42,635 nt of DNA from assembly GCA_019421525.1 (NCBI GenBank), contig JAHZFC010000001.1, positions 1-42,635 of the forward strand. The letters run 5' to 3'. The notes below the pieces were generated by a model that worked only from the letters and a program-made list of their open reading frames with translations, was not told where the DNA came from and ran no database searches. The DNA comes from Clostridiales bacterium (GTDB lineage Bacteria > Bacillota > Clostridia > Oscillospirales > Oscillospiraceae). Both the position numbers and the translations under genes were made by a program. This document shows positions 24,980 through 33,631 of this stretch, in pieces. The first letter of the stretch is position 1. Each line of letters starts with the position of its first letter.

Positions 24980-25786
24980 CTATGCAGTTTTCCCCTTCCG
25001 CCGCTGGGGCGAATACCGCCAGGGCGTCAGGTCCAGCTCCGGGTCGGCGGACACCTCCAGCGGCACCCGGTAGTCCTCCTGATCCGGCAGGAGGTATTTG
25101 ATAAATTGATAGTTGCCGAACTCATTGACCGTCGTCCCCTCATTTTCCAAAATATAGGAGCCAGGCGGCGCCTGCAGCGTCAGGATATCCGGCACCGTCT
25201 CTGCCGGCGGCGCCACAGCCTTGGCCAGGCCCCGGGATGCCGACCAGTTTCGGGCACCCACATCTACCCGGCCATACTCCCGGGGCTCCTTGGTGAGATA
25301 CCGGGCCAGGGCCGGGAACTCCCGGGGCCGAAGGTTTTGCATCAGCACCATGCCGTTGGGCCACAGCGCCCGGAAGGTCTCCATGTCCTGGCCGGTGCCG
25401 TTGACCACCATGTGGTGATGGACCCGGCCGTCTCCGTGCTTGTCCTCGGTCACATAGACATAGCGCAGGCTCTGGCCCCTGGGCCGCCGGTGCTCCCGAA
25501 GCGTGCGGACGAATTTTTTCGCCTGCTTCACCGCCTCGTCCCGGCTAGGCGGCAGGTGCTCCTCATCATAGGTCAGGGTCACCAGCCAGTCGTCCCGCCC
25601 GAAGTTGGCAAACAGCAGGCACTCCAGCCGCTGGCAGCTGGTGCGCAGGTTGATGGCCTGGCGGGCGGCGGAGCTGGCCCGCTGCTTCTCCGCCCTGGCC
25701 CTGGGCGGATCGGCCGGTGAGTATCGGTCGTAGAGGACTGCATACCGCAGCCGGCCCGCCTCCACGGTCCGCAGCACCTTAGCCAT
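24980..25786 (-). CDS. HUH-superfamily rolling-circle Rep-like protein
   Basis: Motif I VTLTY, motif II VHHHMVVNG, motif III ARYLTKE. Confidence 0.8.
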   Translation of the reverse strand: MAKVLRTVEAGRLRYAVLYDRYSPADPPRARAEKQRASSAARQAINLRTSCQRLECLLFANFGRDDWLVTLTYDEEHLPPSRDEAVKQAKKFVRTLREHRRPRGQSLRYVYVTEDKHGDGRVHHHMVVNGTGQDMETFRALWPNGMVLMQNLRPREFPALARYLTKEPREYGRVDVGARNWSASRGLAKAVAPPAETVPDILTLQAPPGSYILENEGTTVNEFGNYQFIKYLLPDQEDYRVPLEVSADPELDLTPWRYSPQRRKGKTA

Positions 25787-25979
25787 GGCCCGGCCCCCGC
25801 TTCCCGCCCTTCCGGTCCGCCCGGCTCCAGGTGCGCAGGCTGACCATCTTCTCCCGGGTCAGCTTATCCACCACCATGCCGATCTCCGGGTAGTTGCACA
25901 TCTTGGCCAGATAGGCCAGGCTCCCCACCGTCTGGGCGGTGACCACGATGGAGATCCGCCGCAGGTTACGGTTCCCCAT
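25779..25979 (-). CDS. Hypothetical protein
   Basis: ATG 25979 (MGNRNLRRISI...), coupled to both neighbours. Confidence 0.6.
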   Translation of the reverse strand: MGNRNLRRISIVVTAQTVGSLAYLAKMCNYPEIGMVVDKLTREKMVSLRTWSRADRKGGKRGPGHG

Positions 25980-26175
25980 CCGACCACCGCCTTTTGAGCC
26001 ACTCTGTGACCTCCGTCCCGGCAAACACCAGGAGGAAGCCAACCACCGCATGGACCAGCAGGTCCGTCATGTCCAGCTCCAGGGTGTCCATGTACACCAC
26101 AAAGGGCTGGGCCAGCACCAGCACCGCCGCCGTCATCCATGCCACATAGATGATCCCCCGCACGATCGTTTTCAC
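25966..26175 (-). CDS. Small two-TM membrane protein
   Basis: Two hydrophobic segments; GAGGA RBS. Confidence 0.6.
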   Translation of the reverse strand: MKTIVRGIIYVAWMTAAVLVLAQPFVVYMDTLELDMTDLLVHAVVGFLLVFAGTEVTEWLKRRWSDGEP

Positions 26176-26176
26176 T

Positions 26177-26332
26177 TTATCCTCTCCCTATTCTCATTTG
26201 CTCCGGGCGGTTGTCCTCCGTGACGGATACCACCCGGACATCCCCAAAACGCTCCAGGCACATGGCCAGGTGCTCCTTGACCCCGATCGTCTGGCCGGGC
26301 GGGGCATTGACTTTAATGATGATGGTCAACAT
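26177..26332 (-). CDS. Hypothetical 51-aa protein
   Basis: MLTIIIKVNAPPGQTIGVKEHLAMCLERFGDVRVVSV...; AAGGAGG RBS. Confidence 0.7.
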   Translation of the reverse strand: MLTIIIKVNAPPGQTIGVKEHLAMCLERFGDVRVVSVTEDNRPEQMRIGRG

Positions 26333-26522
26333 GGCCCGCCTCCTTCTCTATCCGCTCCAGCTTCTCCCACATGCAGGCGGCGGCGATGCGCAGGACGTTG
26401 GCTGTCCATGCGTCCCACTGGTAGCCTTCGGGGTATCCTGGAGGCCTTGCCTCCAGAGAATGTGCAACTTTTTCAACGTACAAGATGGTCTTTTTTAGCT
26501 GCTCAGCATCAGTCCCTGTCAT
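26313..26522 (-). CDS. Hypothetical protein
   Basis: ORF coupled to neighbours in the early operon. Confidence 0.55.
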   Translation of the reverse strand: MTGTDAEQLKKTILYVEKVAHSLEARPPGYPEGYQWDAWTANVLRIAAACMWEKLERIEKEAGHVDHHH

Positions 26523-26677
26523 TTCAATTTCACCCCGAACTCGTCCACTTCTTCAACCGAGACACATTCTTTTTCATCATAGACGGCCTCTTCATCATAC
26601 ATGACCTTTTCTTCTGCTTCCAAGAGATCATTAGCTTCAACATAGGCAAACCCTCGATATGATACTTTGTATTTCAT
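26519..26677 (-). CDS. Hypothetical acidic 52-aa protein
   Basis: MKYKVSYRGFAYVEANDLLEAEEKVMYDEEAVYDEKECVSVEEVDEF...; AAGGTG RBS. Confidence 0.65.
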   Translation of the reverse strand: MKYKVSYRGFAYVEANDLLEAEEKVMYDEEAVYDEKECVSVEEVDEFGVKLK

Positions 26678-26679
26678 CG

Positions 26680-26991
26680 TCAGTCACCTTCTCCCTTTGG
26701 CGGACGCCCCCGCTTGAGCCTCTCTAGCTCTTTTTCCAGTGATTCGATTGACCTTTCCGCATACAGTGGGCAAATTTTATCCTCCAGCCCGCATACTTTG
26801 GCCGGGAACAGGGGACTATCCACGGTACAATCCCCATAGTCAGTTACATATCCGGGCATATCGCTGGAAATATGGTTTGCACATGTGGAGCAGTGGCCGA
26901 GCTGCTCCTTATGCAGTCTTAGCAACAACTCATAGTCCTGTATCTGTTCCTCGACTGTTGGGTGGAAAGTCCTTCTAAAGTCGGCCATCAT
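26680..26991 (-). CDS. Hypothetical Cys-containing protein
   Basis: CSTCANH...C...C..CP; coupled ORF. Confidence 0.6.
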   Translation of the reverse strand: MMADFRRTFHPTVEEQIQDYELLLRLHKEQLGHCSTCANHISSDMPGYVTDYGDCTVDSPLFPAKVCGLEDKICPLYAERSIESLEKELERLKRGRPPKGEGD

Positions 26992-27350
26992 ATTTTCGCC
27001 TCCTCCGGCGGGCGGCGGTCAGGCGGTGCGGGAAATCTGCACCAATAGTCGATTCGCTTCCGTTCCTCCCACCGGTTCGCTTTACAAAAACCTGGTTCAA
27101 AACCGTGCGCTTTTGCCAGTTCGATGGAGTATAAATCCTGCTCCACCGTATATTTTCCGGTTTTCAGGTCTAAAACTGCGACATGATACCATCCTTGCGT
27201 TGTCGGCGGTGTTTCCACGCTCACCCACTCGTTCGGCGGGGTGATGGTGGGGGCGTTTTTGATAGCGTCCACGGATACCACTGGTATCTGCCCAAATCCC
27301 ATTGTGTATTGCTGTTTCAACAGCTCGTCAGCGTCAATCGCCCTTGCCAT
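26988..27350 (-). CDS. Phage early protein (DUF551-like C-terminus)
   Basis: RAIDAD.L, I.NAPTI, EWVSVE.PP, W..FP.PP motifs. Confidence 0.65.
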   Translation of the reverse strand: MARAIDADELLKQQYTMGFGQIPVVSVDAIKNAPTITPPNEWVSVETPPTTQGWYHVAVLDLKTGKYTVEQDLYSIELAKAHGFEPGFCKANRWEERKRIDYWCRFPAPPDRRPPEEAKI

Positions 27351-27765
27351 CTTTTAACGCCTCCAATCTCTTGAGCAGGATGTCCACGGCCTTTCCCGTT
27401 TTCGGCGCCCCGCAGAATGGGCAGAAATCAAAGTCCACATATCCGGAGGGCAAATATTGATCGTAAACCAAAAGGCCAAAGGGGTCGTCCTCTCCGAGAC
27501 TCCCAATGTCGGCCCGCACGCCCAAGTCACCGTTGGCGCATGGTTTCAGTTTGAGTTTCCTCCAGTCTGCACACATTTCGCACCCATGGAATACCTTCTC
27601 CACCTGCTCCCGGCTGACGGGGCGGAGGATCGTCTCCCGCGCAGCCCTCAAAATCGCACACCCTTGGACACCACAGTTATGCTCGTATCCACACCCCAGG
27701 CAGGCCAGGCTGCCAGTCTCCACCGACAGTCTGTCCAAAGCCTTTAATAGTTCATCGCACCTCAT
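27334..27765 (-). CDS. Hypothetical Cys-rich phage protein
   Basis: CLGCGYEHNCG.QGC, FCPFCGAP motifs. Confidence 0.65.
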   Translation of the reverse strand: MRCDELLKALDRLSVETGSLACLGCGYEHNCGVQGCAILRAARETILRPVSREQVEKVFHGCEMCADWRKLKLKPCANGDLGVRADIGSLGEDDPFGLLVYDQYLPSGYVDFDFCPFCGAPKTGKAVDILLKRLEALKDGKGD

Positions 27766-29462
27766 GCCACTACGGCCCCCTTCCGCTTTTTCGGCAACTT
27801 CGGTGTGCCGTCCTCATTCCTTGGGCTCCCGGCCTGGAGCCACCGCAGCCAGGTGGCCAAAAATCCCTTGTGCCTGACCCTGGGGGAGACCTGGCCCATG
27901 TCGTTGTTTTGCCCGTGGATCTGCCGGAGCTGATTGCCCTGCATCTCGATGGTCACATAGGGGGTGTGGGGCGCGTCCGCCTTGCGAAGGAACAGGATGG
28001 TCAGCACCCCCTCCAGATGGCGCTTTGCGTATCCGCCAACACAATGGTTCAGCTTCTGGCCCTCCAGCAGGATGGCCGCCGCCGACATGGGCATCTTGAT
28101 GAGCAGGCCGTCCAGCTCAAACTCATACTTCCGGGCCCGTTCCTTGGCCCCCCTGGGCCGCTTTCCCCGCCCGGCCTTCTCAGCCTCCTGAAGCTGTATC
28201 CTGGCCCACTGGTCTGTGGCCTCATCGTGGGCGGTAAACAGGCACTCAGGCCAGAGTACTGCGCTGTGCTCCATGCAACGACCCAGGTGGTAGGCCGCCT
28301 CCAGGTAATCCCGGTAGATCACAAAGGCCTCTGCCCGAGCAGACCCGTAGCTGTCCCCACCGGTCACCCGCTCCAGATAGCGCAGGAGCCTGCCCAGCGG
28401 CAGCTGATACCGCCGGCAAAACCGCAGCACCTCCATGGGTCGCAGGTCTGTCCCCCACATGCACCAAAAGGTGGCCGCATCCTCCACATCCCAGGATGTG
28501 CCCAAATGCTGGTTTGCGTAGGCCCGGCACTCCAGGGCGCCGAAGTCTGGCCGGATGGCAATCAGCTGGCCGAGCTCCTGCTTGGACAGACCCATGGCCT
28601 TGCGGATGTCCGGCTCTTCCCAGTCGATGGCGGCTGCAAATTTTTTTCGATGCCCGATCAGCTCCGCCACCGGCTGATAGAGCTCGGCCTTCACAAGCAT
28701 TTCGACCTGCCGGGGATAAATGCTGTACGCCGTGAGGTAGGAGATCAAGTCGTGAAATTTATGGGCATACCCCCGAGCTCCACCGGGCCGGTACTGCCAA
28801 AGGTGGAAATACTGGCAGTACCGGAAAAAAGGATGGTCCTCCAGCACATCCCGGCCGATGACCGCATAGGAGTCATGGGTGTAAAAAGAGAGACTGCCTC
28901 GCTTGAAAGGCTCTTGGACCTTCTTTTCCCGGTCTAATTGGCCGAGCTCCCAGGTGATGGTCCCATCGTCCCACAACTGATGATCTATCTGCATGACTTC
29001 CCGGGGGGCAAAGCGGTAACCGCTGCACATCCGATATGTCGGCCGGGCTGTCAAATCATCCACCGTCTTATAAGCCTTGTGCAGTGCAAGCGCGTCCGCA
29101 TACAGGGCGTGATCATCCCCATGGAGCAGCACCACCAGACGGTATTCGGCCAGGCCTTTCCGTTTCCCGGCCTTGTTTAGGTCCTTCATGGTCACCCCCC
29201 GGCTGCACCAAGGGCATACATACAGCTGGTTGTGATAGCTGGCGTCCAGCAGAGCATTTTCCCAGGGCAGCTCCGTGCGGCGCACGGGTTCGATCACCTC
29301 AGTCCTTCCGCAGCAGGAGGTATGATACTCCACGCTGCCGTCCCCCCGGCGACGAAAAAAGATATAATGGGGAAATTCGTCGTTCATCAGCTCGATGTCG
29401 TCCGCAGTCACCACAGGCCAGCTGTTCAGGATAGCCTGCTCCTGCTCTGTCCGTTTCATCAA
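27762..29462 (-). CDS. PcfJ-domain protein
   Basis: YRDYL, AHD, EGQKLNHCVGGY, ILFLRK..P..PYVTIE, QIHG.NN motifs. Confidence 0.88.
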   Translation of the reverse strand: MMKRTEQEQAILNSWPVVTADDIELMNDEFPHYIFFRRRGDGSVEYHTSCCGRTEVIEPVRRTELPWENALLDASYHNQLYVCPWCSRGVTMKDLNKAGKRKGLAEYRLVVLLHGDDHALYADALALHKAYKTVDDLTARPTYRMCSGYRFAPREVMQIDHQLWDDGTITWELGQLDREKKVQEPFKRGSLSFYTHDSYAVIGRDVLEDHPFFRYCQYFHLWQYRPGGARGYAHKFHDLISYLTAYSIYPRQVEMLVKAELYQPVAELIGHRKKFAAAIDWEEPDIRKAMGLSKQELGQLIAIRPDFGALECRAYANQHLGTSWDVEDAATFWCMWGTDLRPMEVLRFCRRYQLPLGRLLRYLERVTGGDSYGSARAEAFVIYRDYLEAAYHLGRCMEHSAVLWPECLFTAHDEATDQWARIQLQEAEKAGRGKRPRGAKERARKYEFELDGLLIKMPMSAAAILLEGQKLNHCVGGYAKRHLEGVLTILFLRKADAPHTPYVTIEMQGNQLRQIHGQNNDMGQVSPRVRHKGFLATWLRWLQAGSPRNEDGTPKLPKKRKGAVVA

Positions 29463-29471
29463 CCCACCCCC

Positions 29472-29816
29472 TCACAGGAAGTCCGCCAGGTCGATGACAA
29501 TGTCATGGCTCTCGGCCTGGGCGGGCTCCAGCTGGATGGTGAGCGACATCTTGACCTTGGCGCCGTCGAAGTAGTACGCTGCCGCCCGGCGGTATGCCTC
29601 CAGATCCGAGAGGGAGGTCTTGATCCCCTTGGCCACAGCCTTCATGCAGTCGGCAAAACTGCCGTCTTGCACAACAGCCTGGGCAAATTCGTCATTGTCG
29701 CAAAAAGTGACAAGCGCCTCAAACACGGCCGACTTCATGACCTCCTGGTAGCGGTCGCCCTTGAATTTCCCGTATTCCGCGGTGAGCTTTTCTACCGCCT
29801 GCTCCCGGTATCTCAT
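29472..29816 (-). CDS. PcfK-like protein
   Basis: SF.DCM..V, SD.E.Y..A..YY motif; directly upstream of PcfJ. Confidence 0.7.
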   Translation of the reverse strand: MRYREQAVEKLTAEYGKFKGDRYQEVMKSAVFEALVTFCDNDEFAQAVVQDGSFADCMKAVAKGIKTSLSDLEAYRRAAAYYFDGAKVKMSLTIQLEPAQAESHDIVIDLADFL

Positions 29817-30787
29817 TGCGCCACCTCCCTCACCTTATCGGCCAGGGCCAGCAGAGCCCGCTGGAGTTTTTCAGCCGGCTCCATGTCCTTCCGGGTCCGC
29901 AGTTTGATCATCAGCCCGCTGAGCTTGTTGATCGTCTCCTGGGCCTGGACAAATAGGACCTCAAATGTGGCCAGGTCCTTATCCGACTCCAGCACGGCCT
30001 TTTTCTCCGCCTTGGCCTGTGCCTCCAGCTGGAGCCGGACCTGCTCCAGGGCGTCCTCCGCGTTTTTCCGCCTTGCCTCGGCCCGGTCCTTGGCCTCCCG
30101 GGCCTTGTCCACCTTGTCCTGCATCTCAGCCACTGCCTCCGCCCTGGCTTTGGCAATGGCCTCCGGGTCAGCGACCTGCTCCACAGCCACCTCCACCGGG
30201 CGAGCTTTCAGGGCGGCCAGCTCCTCCGCAGCTGCTGCCGCTGCCGCCGTCGCCTGCTCCAGGTCCTCCCGCAGCCCAGACAGCCGCGCATTGGCTATGG
30301 CCATATCCTGGGCCATCTTTTCTCGGGCCTCCTCTGCTGCGCGCAGATCTGCCTGGGCCTGTTCCTTTTCCCGGATGGCCTGGGCAAGCTCCCTGGAGGT
30401 CATTTCCGCTGTGGTCTTTTCCTCCCCCTCCACCACATGGACTGCGGAGATAAAATCCTCCCGCTCCTCCGCCGGGAGTGCCAGCAGGGTCAATGCCTTG
30501 GATGCGCCCAAATCCGCAAGCGTCTGCGGATTTGCGTACTCCCGGGCCAGGCGCATAAAATTCTGGGCGCTGCGCTCGGAAAACTCCACCCGTTCCGTCA
30601 GCCAAGGCAGCCACTCCCCGTGGGGCAGAAGCCCCTTGGCCTCGATCAGGCCCCGGCCGATCGTCAGGATCGCTTCGCCGCCGGCCCGCTTGGCGTCTAA
30701 GATCTCGGTGGTGATGGTCTCGATATCCCGCACCTGAGACACTGCGCTGGTCTTGAGGTGCTCCGCCAGATTAAACTTACCGGCCAT
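29813..30787 (-). CDS. DUF3102-like DNA-binding protein with coiled-coil C-terminus
   Basis: IGRGLIEAK..LPHGEW..WL...V.FSERSAQNFMRLA motif. Confidence 0.85.
   Translation of the reverse strand: MAGKFNLAEHLKTSAVSQVRDIETITTEILDAKRAGGEAILTIGRGLIEAKGLLPHGEWLPWLTERVEFSERSAQNFMRLAREYANPQTLADLGASKALTLLALPAEEREDFISAVHVVEGEEKTTAEMTSRELAQAIREKEQAQADLRAAEEAREKMAQDMAIANARLSGLREDLEQATAAAAAAAEELAALKARPVEVAVEQVADPEAIAKARAEAVAEMQDKVDKAREAKDRAEARRKNAEDALEQVRLQLEAQAKAEKKAVLESDKDLATFEVLFVQAQETINKLSGLMIKLRTRKDMEPAEKLQRALLALADKVREVAQ
30509..30534. repeat. 26-bp palindrome, copy 2 (inside the DUF3102 gene)
   Basis: CAAATCCGCA-AGCGTC-TGCGGATTTG; encodes ANPQTLADL on the minus strand. Confidence 0.9.
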
Positions 30788-31559
30788 TGACCAACGCCTC
30801 CTTTGTGATGAGCTCGTTGACCCAGGCCCGGTAGTCACGGGCGGCGGAGCTGTTGGGGGACCACATCAGCACCGGCTGCTTGGCCCAGGTGGACTCCAGG
30901 ACCTTGTCCGTGCGTCGGATGACGGTGTCAAACACCGGGATGGGGCCGTCGGTGCGAAGATAGTCGGTGGCATCCAGCACCACGTCTGCATTGTGCCACT
31001 GGGTCACCAGACAGCCGGCCACCCGGATGTCCGGCTGGAGCTTGCGCACTCCATCGATCTGCTCCACCAGGTCGTCCATGCCGTCAGCGGAAAAAGCATC
31101 AGGCAGCACCGGGATGATCAGGCTGTTGCTGGCCAGGATAGCCGCCACACAGGCCGCCGTGAACCCAGGCGGGCAGTCGATGACGATGACGTCATAGGCG
31201 TCGTCCTCTGCTGCGTTGTCCCGCAGGTCCCGGATCGCCCGCAGCGCCGCGGTGCCCTCCCGCGTGACCAGTCCCAGGTCGATATTGCGCAGCTCACTGC
31301 TGGCGGGCACCATGTCCAGGTTGGGGATCTCCGTGTGCTCGATGACCTCGTCGTAGCAGATCACCTTGCTCTCCAGCAGAGCCGCCAGCCCGTCATAGTC
31401 CCCATCCAGGAGCAGGGTCCTGGTGGCGTTCGCCTGGGCGTCCGCGTCGATGAGCAGCACTCGCTGCCGGTGGACGGTGGCCAGCAGATAGGCCAGGTTG
31501 ATGGCGGTGGTGGTCTTGCCCACCCCGCCCTTCATGTTCAAGATCGCAAATGTTCTCAT
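30777..31559 (-). CDS. parA: ParA/Soj-family ATPase
   Basis: NMKGGVGKTTT deviant Walker A, LLIDADAQAN, IVIDCPP motifs. Confidence 0.93.
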   Translation of the reverse strand: MRTFAILNMKGGVGKTTTAINLAYLLATVHRQRVLLIDADAQANATRTLLLDGDYDGLAALLESKVICYDEVIEHTEIPNLDMVPASSELRNIDLGLVTREGTAALRAIRDLRDNAAEDDAYDVIVIDCPPGFTAACVAAILASNSLIIPVLPDAFSADGMDDLVEQIDGVRKLQPDIRVAGCLVTQWHNADVVLDATDYLRTDGPIPVFDTVIRRTDKVLESTWAKQPVLMWSPNSSAARDYRAWVNELITKEALVNGR

Positions 31560-31574
31560 GGTAGACCTCCATTT

Positions 31575-31769
31575 TTATTTTCCTTGCGGAAAGCACTCCC
31601 GCAGCCTATGACCGTTGACCTCATAGGTCACGACATAATACCGTCCCTCCGGATGGACCCAGGTGACCACCCCGGTGACCAGCCGCGGGATCACCATTTT
31701 CCCCGACGCCGGCCCGCGCTCATCCAAAAACGCAGCCGGGCGAAAGGTCTTTTTCTCTCCGACCTGCAT
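31575..31769 (-). CDS. Hypothetical phage protein
   Basis: MQVGEKK...TGVVTWVHPEGRYYVV...LRECF. Confidence 0.65.
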   Translation of the reverse strand: MQVGEKKTFRPAAFLDERGPASGKMVIPRLVTGVVTWVHPEGRYYVVTYEVNGHRLRECFPQGK

Positions 31770-31921
31770 ACTCTCCCCCCTATGCTCCTGGCGCCCCGGC
31801 GGCAGGCCTCCGCCACCGCCCGATGGTCGTCCGCCAGTTTCTCCTCCCTGGCGCACATGGCCAGGCAGTCGTGCCGGCTGGCCTCGAAGATCAGCAGCCC
31901 GATACACTCCCTGTCCGTCAT
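31691..31921 (-). CDS. Hypothetical protein
   Basis: ATG overlapping the DnaB stop; substantial overlap with the next gene makes it uncertain. Confidence 0.4.
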   Translation of the reverse strand: MTDRECIGLLIFEASRHDCLAMCAREEKLADDHRAVAEACRRGARSIGGRVCRSERKRPFARLRFWMSAGRRRGKW

Positions 31922-33333
31922 GACGGTCCCCCCTTCGGCTCGAATGGGTTTTCCCCGGCTTCCTCGTCTGTGATCTCCCGGAAGCTCATCTGTCCCTCCC
32001 GGGCCTTCATCCGATTCTCGGCTTTTATTGCACGGCCCTTTGCCGTCAAGGCCCGTGCCAAAGATGCTCCGCCCTCGGTGGCCACCTCCACCATGGTCTG
32101 GGTGGCGCCATCAAAACTGAGATAGCGGGTAAATTTCTCTCCCTCCTTGTTTTTCCCCAGCTTGAGCACCCGCTGGCTTGTGTTATCATTGGGGTCTGAC
32201 GGCCACAGAAGGAAGGCGGCGTCCGCGTCCTGCTCCAGCTGGCCGGATTCCTTAAAAGATTGCATAGTCGGCGGAAGAAAAAACGTCTGTTTGTCTTTGG
32301 TCACTTTTTCTGCGCGAGTAAGTTGAGCTAGGGCGACTATCGTTGTTTTGGTCCGGTTCGCAAAATTTTTCAAATCTCTTGAAACCCCGCTGACCCTTTC
32401 ATAGTCATTTTTTCCTTTCCCGTCAACTAGCTGGATGTAGTCGATATAGATGATCTGATAGCCGTTGGCAACAGCGCTGGATGAGATATCAGCAGCCGTC
32501 CAGCCGGAGGCATTGAAATAGTCCACAGGGATGCCACTGGAAAAGTAGCTGGCCGCCTGGGCCAGCGCTCCCAACTGGTCATCCGTCAGATCCCGCTCCT
32601 TGATGCTGGTCAGGCTGACCTTGGCCAGGTGGGCAAAAATCCGGTCCGCCATTTTTTCCTCCCGGGTCTCCAGGCTGTAATAGCCCACCCGGTATCGCTT
32701 GGCCTGGGCCAGGGCCATCTGGACGGACAGCAGCGTCTTGCCCGCCGACGGGTACCCGCCCAACAGGATCATGTCCCCCAGCTCGGCATATACCGTCCGG
32801 TCCGCCGTCGGGATGCCCCAGGGCAGATACTCCGGCTTTTCTTTACTGGTCACCCGCCGGATAAAGTTCTGAGCCATCTCCGTAGCAGACACCTTTCGCT
32901 CCTGGATGTTGTCCACGAATAAACCGCTCATCTTCTGCGCCAGCCTCAGAGCGTCCTCCTGTGCCGTTACGGTCAGCCCTTGCCCGCAGAGCTCCCGGAA
33001 CCGGTAAACCACGGCGTGCTCTCGGGTCTTTTTACAGTATTCCAGTACATTGGCCGCCGTGGGGGTCAGCTCCATGAGCTCTCTGGCCCAGGCCACCCAG
33101 CTGGCCCCTCCGTGGACCTCGTCCTGTATCAGCACATGGTCGATGGGCCGCCCGGCCAGGAGCAGCCGCCGGATGGCCGAGAAGGTGTTGCGGCAGGCGC
33201 CGTCTGTGAAGTCGCTCTCCTGGACCGCCCCCATCACTGCTCTCACACACCTGGGGTCGATGAGCATGGACCCGATCACCGCCTGCTGGGCCTCCAGGCC
33301 GCTGACGGCCTGCAGGTCGTCATTGCTCCCCAT
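31918..33333 (-). CDS. dnaB: Replicative DNA helicase, DnaB-like
   Basis: EAQQAVIGSML, GGYPSAGKT, SLE, IDYIQL, LAQL.R, ESGQLEQDAD, KNKEG motifs. Confidence 0.93.
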   Translation of the reverse strand: MGSNDDLQAVSGLEAQQAVIGSMLIDPRCVRAVMGAVQESDFTDGACRNTFSAIRRLLLAGRPIDHVLIQDEVHGGASWVAWARELMELTPTAANVLEYCKKTREHAVVYRFRELCGQGLTVTAQEDALRLAQKMSGLFVDNIQERKVSATEMAQNFIRRVTSKEKPEYLPWGIPTADRTVYAELGDMILLGGYPSAGKTLLSVQMALAQAKRYRVGYYSLETREEKMADRIFAHLAKVSLTSIKERDLTDDQLGALAQAASYFSSGIPVDYFNASGWTAADISSSAVANGYQIIYIDYIQLVDGKGKNDYERVSGVSRDLKNFANRTKTTIVALAQLTRAEKVTKDKQTFFLPPTMQSFKESGQLEQDADAAFLLWPSDPNDNTSQRVLKLGKNKEGEKFTRYLSFDGATQTMVEVATEGGASLARALTAKGRAIKAENRMKAREGQMSFREITDEEAGENPFEPKGGPS

Positions 33334-33631
33334 GCTTCCGCCCTCCCCTCGGCCGGAAGAGCCCGTGCTCCCGGGCCACCTTGCCCACTGTGCTGGGGGC
33401 GCAGCCGATGATATCCGCCACCTGGTCGTTGGTCATGCCCTTGAGCACCAGGCGGTAGATCGCCTCGTGGTCATAGGTCTCCCGCCGCCTCCGGGGCTCT
33501 GGCGGGGCCAAAACGCATCCGCACCGCTCCGGGCTGTTGAGGCAGCGGTTGAGACAGATCCTGTTGTCGCAATCTGCACAGCAGATGTCACCCTGCTTTG
33601 CGCACTTGTAGATCTTGCAGCACCGCCTCAT
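33320..33631 (-). CDS. Cys-rich protein with C-terminal HTH
   Basis: ICCADC...C.NRCLN.PERCG plus MTNDQVADIIGCAPSTVGK. Confidence 0.7.
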   Translation of the reverse strand: MRRCCKIYKCAKQGDICCADCDNRICLNRCLNSPERCGCVLAPPEPRRRRETYDHEAIYRLVLKGMTNDQVADIIGCAPSTVGKVAREHGLFRPRGGRKHGEQ

